Of a stretch of DNA of 64,000 nt, positions 57,067 through 64,000 are shown in pieces. The notes beneath the pieces were generated by a model. The model was not told where the DNA came from and did not search any database. It saw nothing but the letters and a program-made list of their open reading frames with translations. The translations under genes and the position numbers were made by a program. This stretch comes from an uncultured Actinomycetota bacterium (GTDB taxonomy: Bacteria; Actinomycetota; Actinomycetes; Mycobacteriales; Mycobacteriaceae), in contig CAWDSB010000008.1 of the NCBI GenBank assembly GCA_963804905.1, positions 192,053 to 256,052 on the forward strand, given 5' to 3'. Position 1 is the first letter of the stretch. Each line of letters begins with the position of its first letter.

Positions 57067-57831
57067 TCAGGACCGGATGATCTGGCCGCCGTCGACATTG
57101 AAGATCTGTCCGGTGATCCACTTCGCCTGATCCGACAACAGAAACAGGCACATACCCACCAGATCCTCGGGTTCTCCCATGCGGGACAACGGAATCCTCT
57201 TCACGATGTCGTCGACCATCTCCTTGGGAGTGGTCGTTCGGTTGGCCTCCGTGTCGATCGGCCCCGGCGCGATCGCGTTGACCCGGATGTTCTGGCCGCC
57301 GAGTTCGGTTGCCAGCTGCTGGGTCAGACCGTTGATGCCGACCTTGGCGAGCCCGTAGAAGTTCGCGTACAGCCACGCCGCGGTCGACGACTGGTTCACG
57401 ATCGCGCCGCCACCGCGCTTGGCCATCTTGCGGTAGACCGCGCGCGTGCACACCAGCGCGCCGTCGAGGTTCACGCTCATGAACTTCTTGTAGTAGTCCC
57501 AGTCGACGGTGATGAGGAAGTCGAGCTTCATGCCGCCGAAGATCGCCGCGTTGTTGACCAGGTAGTCGATGCCACCGAATTCGGCCAGCGTCTGGGCGGC
57601 CATCTCCTTGGCGGAGTCGGGATCGGACACGTCGACCCGCACCGCCAGCGCCGTGCCGCCGTCGCCCTTGATGCCGTCGGCGACCTTCTGGGCACCCTCG
57701 GTGTTGATATCGGCGACGACCACGGCCGCGCCCTCACGGGCGAGTGCCTCGGCATACGCCTGGCCGATCCCGCCGCCGGCGCCGGTGACGATCGCCACCT
57801 TCTCCTTGAACTGATCTCCATAAAGTCCCAC
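57067..57831 (-). CDS. SDR-family oxidoreductase
   Basis: Start at GTG 57831 (VGLYGDQFKEKVAIVTGAGGGIGQ) preceded by GAGGAG. Catalytic YGLAK. Confidence 0.8.
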   Translation of the reverse strand: MGLYGDQFKEKVAIVTGAGGGIGQAYAEALAREGAAVVVADINTEGAQKVADGIKGDGGTALAVRVDVSDPDSAKEMAAQTLAEFGGIDYLVNNAAIFGGMKLDFLITVDWDYYKKFMSVNLDGALVCTRAVYRKMAKRGGGAIVNQSSTAAWLYANFYGLAKVGINGLTQQLATELGGQNIRVNAIAPGPIDTEANRTTTPKEMVDDIVKRIPLSRMGEPEDLVGMCLFLLSDQAKWITGQIFNVDGGQIIRS

Positions 57832-57844
57832 TGTGGTCCACTCC

Positions 57845-59315
57845 TCAATCAGCTGCTGTGGCAATGGCTTTGGTTTCCAGGTATTCCTCGAAACCGGCGA
57901 GCCCCATCTCCCGGCCGATGCCGGACTGCTTGTAACCGCCGAACGGCATGTCGGCCGAGTACCAGACCCCGCCGTTGACGTTGACGGTGCCGACCCGCAT
58001 CCGCGCAGCGACGCCCGCCGCGCGCTCGGGATCGCCGCTGAACACCGTGCCCGACAAGCCGTAAGGCGAGTCGTTGGCGATCCGGACCGCGTCATCGTCG
58101 CCGTCGTGCGCGATCACGGTCAGCACGGGACCGAAGATCTCCTCACGCGCGACCTTGGCGGTGTTGTCCAGTCCCACAATGACTGTCGGCTCGATGAAGA
58201 ATCCGGTATCGCGGTCCGCGGGACGTCCTCCGCCGCAGGCGAACTTGCCACCCTCGTCGACGGCCGAATCCAGATAGCTCTGCACTCGGTCGCGCTGCCG
58301 CGACGAGATGAGTGGCCCGCAGATCGTGCGGGCATCTGTAGGGTCGCCGGGTTTCAGTGATCGCATGGTGCCCGCGGCAAGCTCGACAGCCTCGTCGTAG
58401 CGCGCGCGTGGCACGACCAGTCGGGTGGTGATCGCACAACCCTGCCCGGCGTGCGTCGACGCCGTGAACGCCGAAATCGCACAAGCACCCGCGAAGTCCG
58501 CGTCGTCCAGCACGAGGAAGGCCGACTTTCCGCCCAGCTCGAGGAATACCTTCTTCAGCGTTGCCGCGCCATCGGACATCACGGCGCGACCCGTCGCTGT
58601 CGAACCGGTGAACGAAACCATGTCCACCCGTGGATCTTTCGACAGCAGCGCACCGACGCCGTGGTCGCTGGAGGTGATGATGTTGACCACACCGGGCGGG
58701 ATGCCGGTGTGCTCGGTGATGAGCTCGCCGAGGATGGCCGCGCACCACGGAGTGTCCGGCGCCGGCTTGAGGACAACGGTGTTGCCCGCGGCCAGCGCGG
58801 GCCCGATCTTGGCGAGGTTGATCTGATGCGGGAAGTTCCACGGGGTGATCGGCGCCGACGACCCCGACCGCCTCGCGCGCGATGGTGCGGTGGGTCTTGA
58901 TTCCCAGCGGCGAGGCGATGCCGAGATCGGTGGTCCATTGATACGACGCGGCGGTGTCGGCGCAAAAGCTGAGGTCCTCCACCGGACCCTCGAGCTGGGC
59001 GGCGGCGGTCAGCATCCGGGGAGCGCCCACTTCGGCGATGGTCAGGTCGCGGAGCTCGTCGACGTGGTCGCGCATGGCGGACTGCAGCTGCCGAATGCAG
59101 CGCACCCGCAGCTCGGTGTTGGTGGACCAGTCGGTGTCGTCGAATGCGCGGCGGGCGGCCTCGATCGCTCGGCCCATGTCGTCGGCGCTCGCGTCGGCGG
59201 CGGCACCGAGCACCTCCTCGGTAGCCGGGTTCAGCGTCGGGAACGTCCCCGCGCCGCCGGCGACGAGTTTCCCGTCGATGAGCAATTGGCTCTGGCGATC
59301 GGCCAGCATCCCCAT
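57845..59315 (-). pseudogene. NAD-dependent aldehyde dehydrogenase (aldA-like) with a single-base insertion frameshift
   Basis: N-terminal 150 aa in ORF 58143..59315. Remainder, including the catalytic Cys region (AGQGCAITTR) and ELGGKSA, in frame of ORF 57845..58690. Shift at about 58855 (GA|D observed where GAITPWNFP is expected). Confidence 0.7.
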
Positions 59316-59337
59316 TCCGACTCCCGTTTTGATTGCT

Positions 59338-59349
59338 GGACAGCTGTCC
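59338..59349. promoter_or_regulatory. 12-bp perfect palindrome GGACAGCTGTCC in the aldA/TetR divergent region
   Basis: Perfect inverted repeat. The related GGACATGTGTCC lies at 59496-59507, overlapping the TetR start codon. Confidence 0.3.
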
Positions 59350-59495
59350 GACTATGTTCACTCGAACGATAGCCGCAGACGGGTGCCAGAAGCAAGGTCG
59401 GGCGGCGCTGCCGTGCACATCCGGTCCGGGATATCCGGTCTGCACAGGCCCTTTAGGATCCGCACTTGCTTGCCGTGGTCTGCGTCCGATAACTT

Positions 59496-59507
59496 GGACA
59501 TGTGTCC
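59496..59507. promoter_or_regulatory. 12-bp palindrome GGACATGTGTCC overlapping the TetR GTG start
   Basis: Perfect inverted repeat. Candidate autoregulatory operator. Confidence 0.3.
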
Positions 59508-60098
59508 AGTGATGCGGTGGTCGCCGTCACAGAGCAGACCGGTGAAACCCCGCGCAACCGTCGGCAGGAAGAGACGTTCCGCAAGGTCCTCGCCGCGGGC
59601 GTGGAGATGCTGCGGGAGTCGTCGTATGCCGACCTGACGGTGCGCGCGGTCGCCGCCCGCGCCAAGGTCGCGCCTGCGACGGCCTATACCTACTTCTCGT
59701 CGAAGAACCACCTGATCGCCGAGGTGTATCTGGACCTGATGCGCGAGGTGCCCTACTTCACCGATGTCAACGACGGCACGGCGGCGCGGGTCGAGAAGGC
59801 GTTGCGCGCCATGACGCTGATGATCGCCGACGAGCCCGAAGTGGCGGCCGCCTGCACGACGGCCCTGCTCAGCGGCAACGACCCTGCGGTGAACACCGCC
59901 CGTGACCGCATCGGCGCAGAAATCCACCGCCGCATCCGGTCCTCGATGGGCCCTGACGCCGATGCTCGAACCGTGTCGGCGCTCGAGATGACGTACTTCG
60001 GAGCACTCGTCCACGCAGGCAGCGGCTATGTGAGCTACCGCGAGATCGCCGATCGACTCAGCTACGTGGTCGGCCTGATCCTCGAAGAGGATAAATGA
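59502..60098 (+). CDS. TetR-family transcriptional regulator (Rv0767c-like)
   Basis: HTH YADLTVRAVAARAKVAPATAYTYFSSKNHL. Confidence 0.8.
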   Translation: MSSDAVVAVTEQTGETPRNRRQEETFRKVLAAGVEMLRESSYADLTVRAVAARAKVAPATAYTYFSSKNHLIAEVYLDLMREVPYFTDVNDGTAARVEKALRAMTLMIADEPEVAAACTTALLSGNDPAVNTARDRIGAEIHRRIRSSMGPDADARTVSALEMTYFGALVHAGSGYVSYREIADRLSYVVGLILEEDK

Positions 60099-60120
60099 GA
60101 CCGAGCCTCGGAGAGCAACA

Positions 60121-61335
60121 GTGACCGTTCCCACCAGCGGCGTGATCCTCGACCCGTACGACTACGACTTTCACGAGGATCCGTATCCCTACTACAAGCG
60201 GCTGCGCGACGAGGCTCCGCTCTACCACAACGAGGAGCTCGGTTTCTGGGCGCTGTCGCGGCACCAGGACGTGCTGCAGGGGTTCCGCAACAGCACAACG
60301 CTTTCCAATCGCGACGGCGTGTCACTCGATCCCATCTCCCGCGGACCGCACGCCAGCAAGACGATGTCCTTCCTGGCGATGGACGACCCCGCCCATCTGC
60401 GTCTGCGCACCCTGGTATCGAAAGGCTTCACGCCGCGCCGGATCCGGGAGCTCGAACCACGGGTCACCGAGCTGGCCGTGCAGCATCTCGACGTGATGCT
60501 GGAGAAGGCACGAACCGACTCAACCGTCGACTACGTCGCGGAATTCGCGGGCAAGCTGCCGATGGATGTCATCTCCGAGCTGATGGGCGTGCCCGTGGAG
60601 GATCGCGATCGCATCCGCGCCATGGCCGACGGCGTCATGCATCGCGAGGACGGCGTCAATGACGTGCCCAAGTCCGCGATCGAGGCGTCGATCAACCTGA
60701 TGGTCTACTACCAGGACATGATCGCCGAACGCCGGAAGAGGCCGGCCGACGACCTCACGACGGCGCTGCTGGAGGCCGAGATCGACGGCGACCGGCTGAC
60801 CGACGAGGAAGTGCTGGGGTTCTTGTTCCTGATGGTGATCGCAGGCAACGAGACCACCACCAAACTGCTTGCCAATGCAGCATTTTGGGGCCACAGGAAC
60901 CCCGACCAGCTGACCCCGATCTATTCCGACCTGCAGCGGATCCCGCTGTGGGTCGAGGAGACGCTGCGCTACGACACGTCCAGTCAGCTCTTGGCGCGCG
61001 TGGTCTCCGGCGAGCTGAACCTCTACGACACCACCGTTCCCGAGGGTGACGTGCTGCTGCTGCTGCCCGGCTCCGCGCACCGCGACGAGCGGGTGTTCGA
61101 CGATCCCGACGCTTTTGTCATCGGACGTGAGATCGGCTCGAAGCTCATGAGTTTCGGTAGCGGAGCCCACTTCTGCCTCGGCGCGCACCTGGCACGGATG
61201 GAAGCCCGGGTGGCGCTGGCCGAACTGTTCAAGCGAATCCGCGGTTATGAGGTCGACGAGGCCAACGCTGTCCGCGTCCACTCCAGCAGCGTCCGCGGAT
61301 TCGCCCACCTGCCCATGGCAGTGGAGGTCGTGTAA
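60121..61335 (+). CDS. Cytochrome P450 (cyp123-like)
   Basis: Heme loop FGSGAHFCLGAHLAR. 404 aa. Confidence 0.85.
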   Translation: MTVPTSGVILDPYDYDFHEDPYPYYKRLRDEAPLYHNEELGFWALSRHQDVLQGFRNSTTLSNRDGVSLDPISRGPHASKTMSFLAMDDPAHLRLRTLVSKGFTPRRIRELEPRVTELAVQHLDVMLEKARTDSTVDYVAEFAGKLPMDVISELMGVPVEDRDRIRAMADGVMHREDGVNDVPKSAIEASINLMVYYQDMIAERRKRPADDLTTALLEAEIDGDRLTDEEVLGFLFLMVIAGNETTTKLLANAAFWGHRNPDQLTPIYSDLQRIPLWVEETLRYDTSSQLLARVVSGELNLYDTTVPEGDVLLLLPGSAHRDERVFDDPDAFVIGREIGSKLMSFGSGAHFCLGAHLARMEARVALAELFKRIRGYEVDEANAVRVHSSSVRGFAHLPMAVEVV

Positions 61336-62162
61336 TGCCGCGCTTCAAACCACTGCCCGAGCGCAGGCCCGCGATCGTCGCAGGCGCCTCGTCGGGCATC
61401 GGCGCCGCCACCGCCACCGAGCTCGCCGCACGCGGTTTTCCGGTTGCACTGGGGGCGCGCCGCGTCGAGAAGCTCGACGATCTCGTCGGCAAGATCCAGG
61501 CCGAAGGTGGCGAGGCTGTCGGCTTCCACCTCGACGTGACCGATCCCAACTCGGTCGAATCCTTTGTCTCGCAATCGGTCGACGCACTCGGCGATATCGA
61601 GATACTGGTCGCAGGAGCGGGTGACACCTACTTCGGCAAGCTGGCCGACATCACCACCGACGAGTTCGAGTCGCAGCTGCAGATTCACCTGGTTGGGGCC
61701 AACCGGCTGGCCGCCGCCGTGCTGCCCGGCATGATCGAGCGGCAACGTGGTGACCTCATCTTCGTCGGCTCCGATGTGGCGCTGCGCCAGCGCCCGCACA
61801 TGGGCGCCTACGGCGCCGCGAAGGCTGCCCTCGTCGCCATGGTGACCAATCTGCAGATGGAACTGGAGGGCACCGGCGTCAGGGCGTCTATCGTGCACCC
61901 CGGCCCGACGAAGACGAACATGGGTTGGAGCCTGCCCGCCGAACTGATCGGCCCGGCGCTCGAGGACTGGGCCAAGTGGGGACAGGCCCGTCACGATTAC
62001 TTCTTGCGCGCATCGGATCTCGCGCGCGCGATCGCGTTCGTCGCCGAGACGCCGCGAGGCGGCTACATCGCCAACATGGAACTTCAGCCGGAAGCGCCGC
62101 TGGCGACCGCGCCGAAAGAACGTCAGCAACTCAAGCTTGGAGAGGAGGGGATGCCGTCATGA
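61335..62162 (+). CDS. SDR-family oxidoreductase (Rv0765c-like)
   Basis: AGASSGIGAATA Rossmann motif. YGAAK. ATGA overlaps on both sides. Confidence 0.8.
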   Translation: MPRFKPLPERRPAIVAGASSGIGAATATELAARGFPVALGARRVEKLDDLVGKIQAEGGEAVGFHLDVTDPNSVESFVSQSVDALGDIEILVAGAGDTYFGKLADITTDEFESQLQIHLVGANRLAAAVLPGMIERQRGDLIFVGSDVALRQRPHMGAYGAAKAALVAMVTNLQMELEGTGVRASIVHPGPTKTNMGWSLPAELIGPALEDWAKWGQARHDYFLRASDLARAIAFVAETPRGGYIANMELQPEAPLATAPKERQQLKLGEEGMPS

Positions 62163-63511
62163 CCACCGCGATCGTTCCCCGCGTTTCGGGTGGCGAAGAG
62201 GAACACGGCCACCTCGAAGAGTTCCGCACCGACCCGATCGGGCTGATGCAGCGCATCCGCGACGAATGCGGCGACGTCGGATGGTTCCAGCTGGTCGACA
62301 AGCACGTCATCTTCCTGTCGGGCGCCAACGCGAACGAGTTCTTCTTCCGTTCCGCCGACGAGGATCTCGACCAGGCCGAGGCCTACCCGTTCATGACGCC
62401 GATCTTCGGCAAGGGTGTGGTGTTCGACGCCAGCCCGGAACGGCGCAAGGAGATGTTGCACAACTCGGCGCTGCGCGGTGAGCAGATGAAGGGCCACGCC
62501 GCCACCATCGAGGGCGAAGTCAAGAAGATGATCGCCAACTGGGGAGACCAGGGCGAGATCGACCTTCTCGACTTCTTCGCCGAGTTGACCATCTACACCT
62601 CGACGGCGTGCCTGATCGGGCTGAAGTTCCGCGAGCAGCTCGACCACCGGTTCGCGGAGTACTACCACGAACTCGAACGCGGCACCGATCCCCTCTGCTA
62701 CGTCGACCCGTACCTGCCGATCGAGAGCTTCCAGCGCCGCGACGAGGCACGCGTGAAACTCGTTGCGCTGGTGCAAGAGATCATGGACGGCCGCCTTGCC
62801 AACCCGCCGAAGGACAAGGGCGACCGCGACATGCTCGATGTGCTCGTGTCGATCAAGGACGACGACGGCAACCCTCGCTTTTCAGCAGACGAAGTCACCG
62901 GGATGTTCATCTCGCTGATGTTCGCGGGCCACCACACCAGCTCGGGCACATCGGCATGGACGCTCATCGAGCTGATCCGACACCCGGAGATCTACGCCGA
63001 GGTGCTCGCCGAGCTGGAGGAGCTCTACGCCGACGGCCAAGAGGTCAGTTTCCATGCGCTGCGGCAGATTCCGAAGCTCGAGAACGTCCTGAAGGAGACC
63101 TTGCGACTGCACCCGCCGCTGATCATCCTGATGCGGGTCGCCAAGGGCGAGTTCGAGGTCGAGGGCTTCCCGATCCACGACGGTGACTTCGTCGCCGCCT
63201 CTCCGGCGATCAGCAACCGTATTCCCGAAGACTTCCCCGACCCCGACGCGTTCAATCCCGACCGCTACGATAAGCCGGACCAGGCCGACATCGTCAATCG
63301 GTGGACGTGGATCCCGTTCGGCGCGGGTCGACACCGGTGCGTCGGTGCCGCGTTCGCGACCATGCAGATCAAGGCGATCTTCTCGGTTCTGTTGCGCGAG
63401 TATGAGTTCGAGATGGCGCAGCCGTCCGACAGCTACCGCAACGACCATTCGAAGATGGTGGTGCAGCTGGCCCAGCCCGCCAAGGTGCGCTACCGCAGGC
63501 GAACCACCTAG
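62159..63511 (+). CDS. cyp51: Sterol 14-alpha demethylase CYP51
   Basis: Start at ATG 62159 (MTTAIVPRVSGGEEEHGHLEEFRTDPIGLMQRIRDECGDVG…). Near-collinear with Mtb CYP51 including heme loop FGAGRHRCVGAAFA. The 78-codon upstream extension in the track was discarded. Confidence 0.9.
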   Translation: MTTAIVPRVSGGEEEHGHLEEFRTDPIGLMQRIRDECGDVGWFQLVDKHVIFLSGANANEFFFRSADEDLDQAEAYPFMTPIFGKGVVFDASPERRKEMLHNSALRGEQMKGHAATIEGEVKKMIANWGDQGEIDLLDFFAELTIYTSTACLIGLKFREQLDHRFAEYYHELERGTDPLCYVDPYLPIESFQRRDEARVKLVALVQEIMDGRLANPPKDKGDRDMLDVLVSIKDDDGNPRFSADEVTGMFISLMFAGHHTSSGTSAWTLIELIRHPEIYAEVLAELEELYADGQEVSFHALRQIPKLENVLKETLRLHPPLIILMRVAKGEFEVEGFPIHDGDFVAASPAISNRIPEDFPDPDAFNPDRYDKPDQADIVNRWTWIPFGAGRHRCVGAAFATMQIKAIFSVLLREYEFEMAQPSDSYRNDHSKMVVQLAQPAKVRYRRRTT

Positions 63512-63727
<216 letters not shown>

Positions 63728-64000
63728 ACATGCCGGCATTCGCGCGCAAGGATCTCGACGACTGGGTTGAACGGTGGCTGGAGGCCAACCGTGAAGCCGA
63801 GCGTGCGGGTGACTGGAAGCCACTCGCCGACTTCTACACCGACGACGCCACGTACGGCTGGAACATCGGTCCCAAAGAAGACGTGATGTGCGTCGGCCGC
63901 GACGAAATCCGCGATGTCGCGCTGGGGCTGGAGATGGAGGGCCTGGAAAACTGGGTGTACGAGTACCAGAAGGTGCTCATCGACGAGAAACTCGGTGAGA
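63728..64000 (+). CDS. Conserved hypothetical protein (Rv0762c-like), 3' end cut by window edge
   Basis: ATG 63728 starts 1 nt after the fdx stop. Frame open to the window end. Confidence 0.45.

Overview
High-GC (about 67%) actinobacterial chromosome segment, almost certainly a Mycobacterium. Gene order is an inverted, near-colinear match to M. tuberculosis Rv0761c-Rv0823c. Several features instead match M. smegmatis-type layout: an intact pstSCAB operon next to mshD/glnR, lmeA, and a DyP-encapsulin pair. About 88% of the window is coding. Recognisable genes include the scattered purine pathway (purM, purF, purL, purQ, purS, purC, purB, purD), phosphate uptake (phoU, pstSCAB), mshD, glnR, a thioredoxin/rhodanese/sseC sulfur cluster, pabC, a DyP peroxidase with its encapsulin shell protein, an M18 aminopeptidase, four cytochrome P450s (including cyp51 with its ferredoxin), five TetR regulators and a valine-catabolism-like dehydrogenase cluster. 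No rRNA, tRNA, CRISPR array or IS element was found. The most striking property is the number of genes interrupted by single-base frameshifts, at least nine: a MarR regulator, an orphan mce gene (three shifts), a CPBP protease, an Abhydrolase_9 membrane hydrolase, the DyP peroxidase, oligopeptidase B, a DUF559 remnant and aldA. The DyP shift lies just before the cargo-loading peptide and places DyP in frame with encapsulin as a 609-aa fusion ORF. All core genes are intact. Most shifts sit in or next to short homopolymer or simple-repeat runs, so from sequence alone they could be either genuine gene decay or homopolymer indel errors in the assembly. Other points of interest are a 500-bp non-coding stretch with a minus-strand terminator and a near-perfect SD, a RegX3/Pho-box-like repeat upstream of pstS, and recurring GGACA-N-TGTCC palindromes in two divergent promoter regions. 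Everything is inferred by eye from translated ORFs and synteny knowledge; no searches were run. Coordinates follow the supplied ORF track and include stop codons.
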